A stretch of 64,000 bases of DNA from Candidatus Bathyarchaeota archaeon (GCA_016783485.1 JADHWM010000001.1:10181-74180), one strand, 5' to 3'. Numbered from the stretch's first letter, positions 1 to 9,535 are shown. Numbers and translations are program-made. Notes: a model not told the origin generated them from the sequence alone.

Positions 1-987
1 ACCCTCGAGATCGAGAGAGGTGAAGTGATCACGGTCTTGGGGCCCAATGGTTCGGGGAAGTCGACCCTACTGAGAATACTCGCTGCCCTTGAGCAAACGA
101 CCAGCGGGGAGGTCCTCTTCGACGGGAAAAACGTCGACCTGAAGGACAAGGGGAGCTGGAGGAAGCGGACGACCCTCGTGTTCCAGCGGCCTGTTGTCCT
201 TAGAGGCAGCGTCTTCGATAACGTCGCTTACGGCCTCAGACAGAGAGGTCTCTCAAACGATGAGATCGAGGAGCGAGTGTCAGGGGCGCTCCATCTGCTG
301 GGGCTAGACGCCCTGGCTGAGAGAAACGCGAAGAGCCTCTCCGGAGGTGAAAAGCAGAGGCTCTCGATCGCCAGGGCGGTGGTTCTGGAGACCGATCTCC
401 TGCTCCTCGACGAGCCCACTGTGAACCTGGACCCCGAGAGCCTTGATATCGTCAAGAAATTCATACTCGGGTTAAGAGAGAGGCCGGACATCACCGTCGT
501 GCTCGCCACCCACGACATGGAGATTGCCAGAGAGCTTTCGGACAAGGTGCTCCTGCTGAGCGGGGGGCGGGTCGTCGAGATCGGTTCGACCCGGGACCTC
601 ATGTTGAGCCAGTCAACCGAGATGGCGAGGTTCGCTAGGACGGAGAACGTCTTCACCGGTGTCTCGAAGCGGGTGGATGGGGTCTCACGCATCGACGTTG
701 ATGGTGTCGTGATAGTCGGGGCTTTCAGCACTGAGGGGAGCACGACAGTCAATGTGAGGCCTGAGGACATCATAGTCTCCAGGAGAGTCATGGCGTCGAG
801 TGCCAGGAACAATCTGCGCGGGAAGATAATAGGGGTCGAGGAGCTCGAGGCCATCGTCAGACTGAGGGTGGACGTCGGTGTCGTCTTCACGGTCCAGATT
901 ACGAGGAGATCCCTCGAGGAGATGGGGCTCAACGTGGGCCAGGAGGTCTACATCACATTCAAGGCCTCCTCCGTCAGGCTCCTCTAG
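1..987 (+). CDS. ABC transporter ATP-binding protein with C-terminal TOBE domain (molybdate/tungstate-type importer ATPase); 5' end cut by window edge
   Basis: Frame open from nt 1 (TLEIERGEV...). Walker A GPNGSGKST, ABC signature LSGGEKQRLSIAR, Walker B LLLLDEPT, H-loop ATHD. Beta-rich TOBE-like tail of about 90 aa. Confidence 0.8.
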   Translation, partial: TLEIERGEVITVLGPNGSGKSTLLRILAALEQTTSGEVLFDGKNVDLKDKGSWRKRTTLVFQRPVVLRGSVFDNVAYGLRQRGLSNDEIEERVSGALHLLGLDALAERNAKSLSGGEKQRLSIARAVVLETDLLLLDEPTVNLDPESLDIVKKFILGLRERPDITVVLATHDMEIARELSDKVLLLSGGRVVEIGSTRDLMLSQSTEMARFARTENVFTGVSKRVDGVSRIDVDGVVIVGAFSTEGSTTVNVRPEDIIVSRRVMASSARNNLRGKIIGVEELEAIVRLRVDVGVVFTVQITRRSLEEMGLNVGQEVYITFKASSVRLL

Positions 988-1054
988 GCGGGGGAAGACC
1001 TCAACATTTTTGTAACCCTCCGCTATTTCTTCGAGGATACCCGGCCGTGATGCA

Positions 1055-2287
1055 TTGAGCGAGGAGATCGAAGAGCCCGCCCTCATACCCTCCAAAGCCC
1101 TCTACGGAACTGGAGTAGCAGGGACTTTCTCGGACAGCATTGCCCACAGATACCTGAGCCTCCTCGCAGTAGCGGTGGGAGTAACCGTGAGCCAGATGAG
1201 CTACCTCAGGGCGGCGGAGAGCCTGAGCAGGAACATCCTACAGCTCCTCTGGGGCCGGCTCGTGGATCGCAAAGGCAAACGGATCTTCATCGCGATCGGG
1301 AGATTCTTGAACGGGATCATCGTAGCCTCCCTCGTCTTCGTGGAGGCTCCCGTCTGGGTCATGCTCCTCATGATAGGCGTCGCGATCTGCTGGAGCATCA
1401 TCACCCCGGCTTGGAGTAGTCTACTGGGAGACTACACCACCTACTCCAGTAGGGGAGCGGTCATCGGGAGGATAAGCGCACTGAGCCAGACGGGAAGTCT
1501 CGGGGCGATGATCGTAGCATTCACCATCTCCCTAAACCAGGTGGGAGAGACCACCCCTGAGTCCTTCAAGCTATTGCTTGCCCTTTCCGCAGTGATGAGC
1601 ATAGTCTCGGGGATCCTCAGCCTCTTCATCGAGGAGAAGCCCTCGAATCAGGAGGGGCGGGAACTCGATCTCCGTATCGTCTTCAGGGACTTGAGGCTCA
1701 GGAGATACCTCATCGTCAACGTCGTCTACGGCATCGCGATGTCCTTCGCCTGGCCCCTGTTCCCTTTCATCATAGTAGACAAGCTCTCCCTCAAGATCTG
1801 GCAGGTCGCCGCCTATTCAGTCTTCTCCGCGGCATCCTCGATGTTCTCCCAGCGGTACTCGGGCAAACTCATGGACAGGATCGGCCGCCGACCAGTAGTC
1901 GTGTTCAGCCGTATTATCATGGCCGTGTCACCTCTCTTCTACGTTGTCGCCACGGACTGGACTCACGTCGCCATGTCGGAAATAATCATGGGTTTCGGGA
2001 TGGGGGCCTGGATGAGCTCGGGGCCCACGTATATCATCGACCTCGCCCCCGTCGAGATGAGAGCCACCTATCTGGCAGCCAACACCGCTGTGTTCGGGGT
2101 GGCCACTTTCATGGGTAACCTCCTAGGGGGCTACGTCACAGACAACTTCCTCGCCGTCGGGGGAGCCCTCCAAGGCATCAATATGGGGCTCATGATCTCG
2201 GCCGGCCTCAGGTTCCTCACTGGGCTGCTCTTCTTCTTGATCCACGAGACCTATCCGACGAGCAAGAGAGAGCCCTCCGCACAGTAA
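1055..2287 (+). CDS. MFS-type transporter (multi-TM)
   Basis: 410-aa ORF with about 12 predicted hydrophobic helices; MFS loop motif LWGRLVDRKGKR between TM2/3. TTG start is uncertain. Confidence 0.65.
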   Translation: MSEEIEEPALIPSKALYGTGVAGTFSDSIAHRYLSLLAVAVGVTVSQMSYLRAAESLSRNILQLLWGRLVDRKGKRIFIAIGRFLNGIIVASLVFVEAPVWVMLLMIGVAICWSIITPAWSSLLGDYTTYSSRGAVIGRISALSQTGSLGAMIVAFTISLNQVGETTPESFKLLLALSAVMSIVSGILSLFIEEKPSNQEGRELDLRIVFRDLRLRRYLIVNVVYGIAMSFAWPLFPFIIVDKLSLKIWQVAAYSVFSAASSMFSQRYSGKLMDRIGRRPVVVFSRIIMAVSPLFYVVATDWTHVAMSEIIMGFGMGAWMSSGPTYIIDLAPVEMRATYLAANTAVFGVATFMGNLLGGYVTDNFLAVGGALQGINMGLMISAGLRFLTGLLFFLIHETYPTSKREPSAQ

Positions 2288-2564
2288 CATTAATTGGTTG
2301 ATACATATTGGGACAGTCTTCTAACTCCTGTCCTGTTTGGGGTATGCGCGCGCTGGAGGACGCTATATTAGAAGTTTTTTTCACAGATAAAGGTCAGATA
2401 ACTGGGTTCGGGTAACTTGTCGGGACTTGAAGGATTCTAAGTTTGGTTGGTAACTGGCGGGACTTTTTTCATTCGTCTTTCGTAGTGAAACACGAAGAAT
2501 CCTTCTCTGCCATACCATTTTCTTCACTTCCATCTAATGCAATAATAATCTAAGATGGTTGAGA

Positions 2565-4565
2565 TCACAGATCAGACGGTATCGAGCTTAAATGTGAGCC
2601 GAGCCTATGGTCTCTTTTTAGCATGAACCCGGCGATTATCAACCCTATGAGCAAGGCTTCATAGGGGAACCCAGGTATACCGTTAACCACAACCGTCACT
2701 CTATGCGTACCTTCACTCCCAGAGTCATCCTCGACATGGAGAGTAATACTATACGTACCGGGTGGAATCTCCGACCATGACCAGGACTCTAATCCCCTGA
2801 AAGAGACGTCTTCCTCACCGTTAATGACCCACGTATAGTCAACTATCTCCCCGTCAGGGTCGCTGGACCCCCCGGCATCCACGTGCAGCGTTCCCTCTGT
2901 GATCCACCACTCGACATCCGCCGTGGGCACTTGGTTTTCCGTGTCTCCCTCCGGAACCTCCACGGTCAGGGTAAATGGTTCGGATTCTTTTTCCTCATCA
3001 ATGACTATCAATGTTACCTCGTAGACACCGGGCTCCATGCCGCTCTTTGACCAGAAATCCCAATGCAACGCGTCCTCTATCAACTCGCCATCGATAAACC
3101 ATCTGTACTCCGTCGCATCCCCATCTACGGTTGACCCGGAGCTATCAAGGTAGAGTTCACCGTCTTGCATCCACCATTCAAAAAACGCTTCAGGGTCATC
3201 TTCACTTGGGATAACAGTCACTTGGAAGACATCATCGACTGATTCTCCGTCGAGAGGGCCAACAGAGACAAAGAAATCGTAGGCGCCCTCTAGGGAGGGA
3301 GCGGAAAAAATGAGTTCAACGGTTCTTGTACCCTGACCGGTTAACGGGATGAACGAAGCGACCTGTATCTCCTCGGTGTCTAGGTCGACTATCCCGAAAG
3401 CAACCGTGTCATTCGTCAACTCATATCTGACCGTAATCGATACCTGTATCTCCTTCCCTGTCTCAACGAACGCAGGGTACCGTAGATCCGTCATCTCCAC
3501 AAAATCCGATGAATAATCAATCACGTTCACCATGAAAACGAGTGTCGACTCGTTGCCCCAGGCCCACTCTGTTCCCACCAGATAAGGGACCTCAGCAATC
3601 AGGTCATACCTTCCAGGAGACATGGGCGCCTCAAATACCAGACTATAGGTCTTATTCCCCTCCCCGTATAACGCGTCCTCTGCCCCAACCACGTAGAGAC
3701 CCATGTCGATGCGGTAGATACCTAGCCCGAGAACGGTCTCCGAGTCAAAGATGTACCCCACGCTGACATTCACCGTGATCAACCCACCCGGCATCACATT
3801 GTCGCTGCTGTCTACATCTATGATCCATGCATCGGCGCGCAGCGGCGCCTCCACCTCAACGCTGAGAACAAAAGGATCAGAGAAGGCTCCATCATCATCC
3901 ACGACCACTAGGGATAACGCGTATACACCAGGAACCAAAGAGCCCCATGACCAGTAATCCCCTTCACTGGAGTCAACAACGGGCGTACCGTCGAAATACC
4001 ATATGTAAGACGCGATATAACCATCTGGGTCGCTGGACTCTGAGGCGTCCACATGCAGAACACCGTTTTCGGTCCGCCACACAAAACTAGCCATTGGAGC
4101 CAAGTTAGGTGAAGTCAGCCCTGTTATCTGAAGAGAATAAGTATCATAGGTAAAGTACTCATGTTTTACCAATATATAGAAAAAACCTGACTTTGTAGCA
4201 GTCCAAGAAACAGAGACAGGTGGCTGAGATTCCCTTGCTTCGTGCGTCGCTTGATCGACTTTTTGTTGGTTTGTATCAAACAACTGAAGAATGAAATACC
4301 CTGAATTCGTCGTTAACTCGACAGATATTACTTGATCTTTGACAACCGGTACCTTATACCAGTCATATTGATCAGGGTATCCACAATATCCGTTACCGGA
4401 AGCTATCTCAATCAGAGTCGCGTTGTCTATCGTATTACCGGCGTCACCGCCTGAAAGCATATCGTCTTGAGCCGCCGCACAAAACAGGACCGTGACTGTG
4501 AAAGAAACCGCTACGTAGCATAACAACAAAAACAGTAATGCAGAGAAACGAGGTTTATTCTTCAT
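2565..4565 (-). CDS. Secreted cell-surface protein: signal peptide, PPC-like domain, multiple PKD-like repeats, C-terminal PGF-CTERM archaeosortase sorting signal
   Basis: N-terminal MKNKPRFSALLFLLLCYVAVSF signal. GYCGYPDQYDWYKV PPC-like motif. Repeated DPDG(Y/E)I..Y.W and WSW beta-sandwich repeats. C-terminal IPGFPYEALLIGLIIAGFMLKRDHR (PGF motif + TM + basic tail). Confidence 0.7.
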   Translation of the reverse strand: MKNKPRFSALLFLLLCYVAVSFTVTVLFCAAAQDDMLSGGDAGNTIDNATLIEIASGNGYCGYPDQYDWYKVPVVKDQVISVELTTNSGYFILQLFDTNQQKVDQATHEARESQPPVSVSWTATKSGFFYILVKHEYFTYDTYSLQITGLTSPNLAPMASFVWRTENGVLHVDASESSDPDGYIASYIWYFDGTPVVDSSEGDYWSWGSLVPGVYALSLVVVDDDGAFSDPFVLSVEVEAPLRADAWIIDVDSSDNVMPGGLITVNVSVGYIFDSETVLGLGIYRIDMGLYVVGAEDALYGEGNKTYSLVFEAPMSPGRYDLIAEVPYLVGTEWAWGNESTLVFMVNVIDYSSDFVEMTDLRYPAFVETGKEIQVSITVRYELTNDTVAFGIVDLDTEEIQVASFIPLTGQGTRTVELIFSAPSLEGAYDFFVSVGPLDGESVDDVFQVTVIPSEDDPEAFFEWWMQDGELYLDSSGSTVDGDATEYRWFIDGELIEDALHWDFWSKSGMEPGVYEVTLIVIDEEKESEPFTLTVEVPEGDTENQVPTADVEWWITEGTLHVDAGGSSDPDGEIVDYTWVINGEEDVSFRGLESWSWSEIPPGTYSITLHVEDDSGSEGTHRVTVVVNGIPGFPYEALLIGLIIAGFMLKRDHRLGSHLSSIPSDL

Positions 4566-5064
4566 TTATTGAACAAGAAACGGTTAATCTCTGTCGATTA
4601 AACAGTTTGCGTGTTTATTTTCTTCTGCTAATAAACGGGGGTTGTCCCGGACATTAGTTCCCATATGGTGTCTAGACGTGTCTCGGTTCGAGTCCCTCGT
4701 TTTATCGTGTACTCGATCTCCTCCTCGACCCAAATCTCACTGATGGATACATCGTGAACATCAACAGCGGTTGACTCCATCCCAAACGCTTCATCATTAT
4801 TATAGACAACACCGCGACCTCCACGGCTGCACTCTAGTTTACAACGAACACGACCGACCTATTTGACTGGAACTCCTTGGACCAGTACGCGTAATCACCA
4901 CCATCAACTGTGATGCTCTCTGAGTCCACGCGCGCGCACAACAACGCTTGAAGGGCATGAACACATGTTCCCTTTGATCCTTTGTCGCTATAGTAACAAT
5001 ATGTGAGTATCCCACGTGTCTTACCTTTAAAAGGCGAGACCCCGCCTCCCAACTTGTGATATAG

Positions 5065-6390
5065 GTGCCAGAGGAAGTCAGGGTCCCGAGAGGAGCCCAC
5101 AAGCACATAGGAAAAGTCGACGGCGACCTAATAGTCTACGACGCCACTGTGAGGGCGGAGACCCCGGAGGGAGTCATCAAGGTCCACGGGGTGACCGAGT
5201 GCAAGGACGACTGCAGGTTCGAGTCCAGCCTCGAGACCACGGAGCTGAGGGGGAGCAGCGGGGACATCCTCGTCGAGGGCGACCTCACGGCCACGAGACT
5301 GGTCACGCTCAAGAGGGGCCGCCTCGAGGTGAAGGGCAATCTGGTTACCCCCAAGATCGAGGTGGACGATAGAGTCGATGTCTCGGGGGACCTGGATACA
5401 GACCAGGCCAGAGTCGGGGGCTCCTTGACCGTTGAGGGTAATGCGAAGGCGAAACGCGTCGATGTGGGGGGATCCTTCAAGGTATTCGCCCAGGCAGAGA
5501 TCGAAGAGATCGACGTCGGCGGCTCAGTCACAATCGAGCGGGCAGCCAAGACGGGTCTCATCAACGTCGGTGGCTCATTCAAATGCAACGGGCCCGTGGA
5601 GGCCGATAAGATCGACGTCGGCGGGAGCGTGAGGATCGAGGGGGAGGCGGACGTCAACGAGATCGACGTGGGTGGAACCGTCAAGCTCGAAGGGGGAAAG
5701 GTAGGGGACATCAAGGTCGGGGGCACCCTCAAAGCATCGAGGCCCTTGAACTTCGGCAACATCAGGGTAGGAGGATCCGTCAAGATCTCCGGCGGCGTCG
5801 GCGAGGAGATCGACGTGGGGGGCACCTTCAAGAGCGACGGGGACCTCGAGTTCGTGAACATCGACGTCGGGGGGACCGTCAAGATTGACGGGAACGCTAA
5901 GGGGTGTAACATCGACGTCGGGGGGACCGTGAGCGTGAACGGTGACCTCGACCTCTCCGAGGACCTCCGGGTAGGCGGGAAGGCGGCGGTCGACGGAGAA
6001 CTCAAAGCGAGAAACGTGAGGGTGGGTGGAAAGGTCGAGGCCTTCAAGATAGAGGCCCTCGACGAGATTGCGACCAACACCCTGAGGACGAGGAAGGGCG
6101 CGAAGGCGGAGGAGATCGAGATCGGGAGGAGGGGGGAGGTCGAGGGCCCCATCATCGCCAACAGGGTCCTCATCAGGGAACGCGCGAGGGTGGAAGACGT
6201 CTACGGGGGCACCGTGGTCCTCCGCAGGGGCTGCATGGCCGACAACGTGTACGCTGAGAGACTGACCATCGAGAACGATTGCAGGATCACCGGAGACGTG
6301 AAGTACACGGACACCCTGAATGCCGACAAGGACGCCCGGTTCTCCATGGACCCGGAAAAGACTGAAAAGCTGCCTGCTCCACCCTTCTAA
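5065..6390 (+). CDS. Bactofilin-like beta-helical repeat protein (polymer-forming cytoskeletal family candidate), unusually long
   Basis: At least 11 consecutive 17-residue repeats with consensus [IV][DRK]VGG[ST][VF]K..G.; period 17 as in bactofilin beta-helices. DNA-level exact 22-nt repeats. Confidence 0.55.
   Translation: MPEEVRVPRGAHKHIGKVDGDLIVYDATVRAETPEGVIKVHGVTECKDDCRFESSLETTELRGSSGDILVEGDLTATRLVTLKRGRLEVKGNLVTPKIEVDDRVDVSGDLDTDQARVGGSLTVEGNAKAKRVDVGGSFKVFAQAEIEEIDVGGSVTIERAAKTGLINVGGSFKCNGPVEADKIDVGGSVRIEGEADVNEIDVGGTVKLEGGKVGDIKVGGTLKASRPLNFGNIRVGGSVKISGGVGEEIDVGGTFKSDGDLEFVNIDVGGTVKIDGNAKGCNIDVGGTVSVNGDLDLSEDLRVGGKAAVDGELKARNVRVGGKVEAFKIEALDEIATNTLRTRKGAKAEEIEIGRRGEVEGPIIANRVLIRERARVEDVYGGTVVLRRGCMADNVYAERLTIENDCRITGDVKYTDTLNADKDARFSMDPEKTEKLPAPPF
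5400..6060 (+). repeat. Intragenic tandem repeats (51-nt period) encoding 17-aa beta-helix units
   Basis: acatcgacgtcggggggaccgt occurs exactly at 5858-5879 and 5909-5930; the atcgacgt(c/g)gg(c/g)gg motif recurs about every 51 nt. Confidence 0.6.
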
Positions 6391-6407
6391 TAGGCCTGGG
6401 GCATCCC

Positions 6408-6680
6408 ATGAAGCGGCGGACTCGCTACGACATCTACCTGGACACCCTCGAGACGATTCGCCGCAAAGGGGTGAGCCCCATCACAAGGATCTCGTACGGG
6501 GCCAACCTCCCCGTGGACAGGGCCAAGGAGGTGGTCCAGTTTCTCTCGAGTCGGGGGCTCGTGAAGGAGGAGGAATACGGGAGCACGAAGGGTTTCAGGA
6601 TCACGGCGAGGGGGGGCGAGTTCCTGGCAGCCCTCCATACCCTGAAGAGGTACATCGATGATGAGGGCCTCGAAGACTAA
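6408..6680 (+). CDS. Small winged-helix DNA-binding protein (putative transcriptional regulator)
   Basis: 90 aa; ITRISYGANLPVDRAKEVVQFLSSRGLV has an HTH plus wing pattern typical of small archaeal wHTH regulators. Confidence 0.5.
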   Translation: MKRRTRYDIYLDTLETIRRKGVSPITRISYGANLPVDRAKEVVQFLSSRGLVKEEEYGSTKGFRITARGGEFLAALHTLKRYIDDEGLED

Positions 6681-6689
6681 GGGTTCCAT

Positions 6690-6779
6690 CGCTCCCCAAT
6701 ATATATAAAGAATTTCTTATATAAAAGAAAATATTTATATGTATAAGGTTTTTCGTATACATCAGCGTGGAGATGCCGC
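6690..6779 (+). promoter_or_regulatory. AT-rich archaeal promoter region (TATA-like boxes) upstream of the ArsR gene
   Basis: aatatatataaag and tttatatgtataagg lie about 30 nt upstream of the TTG start at 6780. Sharp GC drop relative to flanks. Confidence 0.4.
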
Positions 6780-7091
6780 TTGAGCGAGGACGAGCTAACG
6801 AAGCTGGTGAAGACGCTTAAGGCCCTGGCGAACCCGATAAGGCTGAGGATGATAGCATCCCTCGCCGAGGAGCCCAAGCACGCCTACGCCCTCGCCAAGG
6901 AGATGGGCCTGTCCTATCCCCTGGCGCACCTCCACCTGAAAGGATTGAGAAAATTGGGTCTAATCGAAGAAATAACTCCCGAGACCAAGACCGAAGGGCG
7001 CCCACCATCAAAAACCTACTCACCCTCAGATTTCGAGTTGGTGCTCAACCCCTCCAAGATCCTGGAGACAGTGAAGGAGGGCATAGTTTAA
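6780..7091 (+). CDS. ArsR/SmtB-family transcriptional regulator
   Basis: LANPIRLRMIASLAEEPKHAYALAKEMGLSYPLAHLHLKGL is a canonical ArsR HTH; TTG start. Confidence 0.75.
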   Translation: MSEDELTKLVKTLKALANPIRLRMIASLAEEPKHAYALAKEMGLSYPLAHLHLKGLRKLGLIEEITPETKTEGRPPSKTYSPSDFELVLNPSKILETVKEGIV

Positions 7092-7092
7092 A

Positions 7093-7425
7093 ATGTCCAA
7101 GACATCATCGGCATTGATCGTGCTCTCAGCAATAGCCATCGGTCTGGGAGTGCCCGGTATCTGCCTGTATGCGAGCCTCTTTTACGGTTTCAATTTCTTG
7201 GCCGCAGCAGCCGTTGCTTTTATGGCTGTACTGGTTGGCGGGGGGATCGCCATCGTCGGAGTCGTCCAGGGCCCCTTGGGTAGAGTATTCGATGACTCCG
7301 GGAGAGTCGAGAGGCAGAGGCTCAGGGTGCTCAGAGAGCAGCAGAGGGCTACCCTCGAGGAACTCAACGGGATCGTCGGAGTCCTGGGCGAGATCAGGGA
7401 CATCCTGAAGGCGGTGGAAGAGTAG
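7093..7425 (+). CDS. Small membrane protein (2 TM) with C-terminal coiled coil; hypothetical
   Basis: Two hydrophobic helices followed by RQRLRVLREQQRATLEELNGIVGVLGEIRDILKAVEE. Confidence 0.4.
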   Translation: MSKTSSALIVLSAIAIGLGVPGICLYASLFYGFNFLAAAAVAFMAVLVGGGIAIVGVVQGPLGRVFDDSGRVERQRLRVLREQQRATLEELNGIVGVLGEIRDILKAVEE

Positions 7426-7560
7426 ATGTCCAGAAGCGCTGACTACTCCAGTCTGTCCGACGAGGAGCTCGTCAAGGAGACGGGTAGACGGCTCGAGGAG
7501 ATGATGGAACTCCTCGTTGAGATCAGGGACTCCCTGAAGGCAGCGGGCAGCATCGAGTAG
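7426..7560 (+). CDS. 44-aa ORF (MSRSADYSSLSDEELVKETGRRLEEMMELLVEIRDSLKAAGSIE); hypothetical
   Basis: ATG immediately follows the TAG of the upstream gene; its helical sequence echoes the C-terminus of the preceding protein. Not in the supplied ORF track (under 60 aa). Confidence 0.25.
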   Translation: MSRSADYSSLSDEELVKETGRRLEEMMELLVEIRDSLKAAGSIE

Positions 7561-7577
7561 AGAGGGAGAAAGAAGCC

Positions 7578-8867
7578 GTGGAAGTTGAGGATATCAGGGA
7601 GGAAACTGCATCTGAGCCCAAAAAAGGGCTGCTGAGCAGGTTCCGCTCGGAGTTCGGGTTCATCCAGGGGAACTTCCTCGTAATGGTGATGAGCTGGATC
7701 ATCCTCGACTTCGCCAGCGAACTACCCGCAACTTATTACCCTAAGTACGTTGAGGCTCTCGGCGGCACCGCGGCCATCATCGGTCTCATCGGGGCGGTGG
7801 AGATGATAGCGAGAGCCTTTGTCCAGATCCCCGGGGGTTACATGGCTGACAAGTACGGGAGAAAATGGCTCATATTCACGATGACCTTCCTCGCGGGGAT
7901 AGCCCGCATCTTCTACGCGGCCGCCCCCAGCTGGGAGTGGATCCTCGTCGGTGCGATCCTAGTCGGATTGACGGGGATATACCAGCCTGCTTTACACGCG
8001 ATCATCGCAGACTCCGTCCCCAAGGACAAGAGGGGCATGGGGTTCAGCATCATCCAGCTCATCGCAAGCGCGTCTACGACGCCGGCCCCCCTCCTGGCGG
8101 GGATTCTGTACGTCAGGATGGGGCTGATGCGGAGCATGAGGCTCAGCTACGTCGTCGTTGTCATAGGCTTCGTTGTGGCCTCAATTCTGCGCTATAGGCT
8201 CAAGGAGACCGTGGAGGACCCCGCGAAGATCAACCTCGGTGAGATGCTGGGGGAGTACCCGACCTCCCTGAGGGCCAGTATAAATGTCTGGAAGGTTGTC
8301 CCCCGATCCGCCTTCGTCCTCTTCATCGTGTTCGTCTTCACGAACTTCTCCGTGGGGCTGTTCAACCCGGTGCTCACACTGTACATCCTCGACGACCTCG
8401 GCATCAACTACGTCGCGTTCTCCTACATCATGACGGCCCTATTCGTCTCCATGATCATCCTTGCGCTGCCAGCGGGAAAAATAATCGATAAATTTGGCAA
8501 GAAGAAGCCGATGATGGCCGCTTTCGTGGTCTGGGTCCTCGCTATGGCGATGCTGATCGGGGGAGACTTTTACAGGCTGATAGTGTCGATGAGCCTGGTT
8601 GGGATGATTCAGGTTCTCATCGGCGGGGCGGCCTCGGCCCTCTCCGCGGATTTGGTTCCTCGGGAGCACCGGGGGAAGGTCAACGGTTCGAGGGGTTTCT
8701 TTTCTATGCTTTCCATGTCAGCAGGTATGTTCGCAGGCGGGTGGCTGTACGACAACGTTGGCCATCAGGTGCCCTTCCTCCTCCAGTTCGTCCTCGTCAT
8801 CCCTCCGCTGCTCCTAACCCACTTCTTCATCGAGGAGCCTCACGTGGATGAAATAAGCGGCTCCTAA
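7578..8867 (+). CDS. MFS-type transporter
   Basis: 429 aa, 12 TM; MADKYGRKW and loop motifs typical of MFS. Confidence 0.7.
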   Translation: MEVEDIREETASEPKKGLLSRFRSEFGFIQGNFLVMVMSWIILDFASELPATYYPKYVEALGGTAAIIGLIGAVEMIARAFVQIPGGYMADKYGRKWLIFTMTFLAGIARIFYAAAPSWEWILVGAILVGLTGIYQPALHAIIADSVPKDKRGMGFSIIQLIASASTTPAPLLAGILYVRMGLMRSMRLSYVVVVIGFVVASILRYRLKETVEDPAKINLGEMLGEYPTSLRASINVWKVVPRSAFVLFIVFVFTNFSVGLFNPVLTLYILDDLGINYVAFSYIMTALFVSMIILALPAGKIIDKFGKKKPMMAAFVVWVLAMAMLIGGDFYRLIVSMSLVGMIQVLIGGAASALSADLVPREHRGKVNGSRGFFSMLSMSAGMFAGGWLYDNVGHQVPFLLQFVLVIPPLLLTHFFIEEPHVDEISGS

Positions 8868-8902
8868 GCTGGCTCAGGAGTTCGAGTATTGAATCACGGG
8901 AA

Positions 8903-9481
8903 TCAGTCGAAGGCCCGGGGCTTAGCCAGGATCTCCCGGATCTCCAGCTCGAAGAACTTCCTAGGGTAAGCGGGCTTAACGACGATGCACGTATCGGCCC
9001 CATCTCCTGTCCCCGCGATGGCCATGACCTCCCCGTCCATCCCTATGAGGCCTGCGTCTGCGGCCATTAGGACGATCTCGACGGCGACCTTCATCCCCTG
9101 TCCGAACCTGTAGAGAGTGTCCCTGACGGCTCTCACGGGGTATCCTCCCCCGTACTTGTCCGTGAATGCGGAGCCCACGTCGCCGCCCAGGGCGTGGATC
9201 GATGTGAGGACCCTGATTCCCCTGTCCTCGAGGGCTTTTCGCTCCGATTCCGTGATGGGCCAGCCCTTGTCCTTGAACCCCTCGCTGATCGTTACGGCGA
9301 CAATGTTCACCTTGGGGCCAAAGGCCTCCTGAGCCTTGACTGCCGTATTCCCATGGGTTGTAGCGACGACGATGTCCCTGATGCCAAGCTCCTCTGCCCT
9401 CATCTTGGCGGCGGAGAGCAATCTATCGGTGTTCTCGGGACCCGTCTTCTCGAAATAGAGCGTAGTCTTCTCCAATGTCAT
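8903..9481 (-). CDS. Pyruvate kinase C-terminal (alpha/beta) domain-like protein, paralog 1
   Basis: MTLEKTTLYFEKTG..DIVVATTHGNTAVK..NIVAVT.. resembles the PK_C domain (IVVLTESG..PIIAVT). Internal ATG at 9481 chosen; paralog of 25957..26529. Confidence 0.55.
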   Translation of the reverse strand: MTLEKTTLYFEKTGPENTDRLLSAAKMRAEELGIRDIVVATTHGNTAVKAQEAFGPKVNIVAVTISEGFKDKGWPITESERKALEDRGIRVLTSIHALGGDVGSAFTDKYGGGYPVRAVRDTLYRFGQGMKVAVEIVLMAADAGLIGMDGEVMAIAGTGDGADTCIVVKPAYPRKFFELEIREILAKPRAFD

Positions 9482-9535
9482 TTCACCACGAGTTCTAAAT
9501 AATCTGATCCAAAGGCTTATCAATCATTCTAATGG

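Noticed and set aside
4685-4695. ggttcgagtcc, identical to the tRNA T-loop consensus, inside the low-GC spacer
   Set aside because: Flanking sequence does not form T-stem, acceptor or anticodon arms; no tRNA or tRNA-fragment (attachment-site) structure could be built.
5136-6173. 345-aa minus-strand ORF antisense to the bactofilin-like gene, and similar long antisense ORFs (13937..14752, 21700..23235, 51258..51965, 52083..52784, 55149..56351, 60987..61760, 61770..62291)
   Set aside because: Low-complexity Pro/Ser/Arg-rich translations lying fully inside well-supported genes on the other strand; typical stop-codon-poor antisense frames of high-GC DNA.
8884-8894. 11-mer gagtattgaat shared between 8884 and 44349
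   Set aside because: Hundreds of 11-mer coincidences are expected by chance in 64 kb; flanks do not extend the match.
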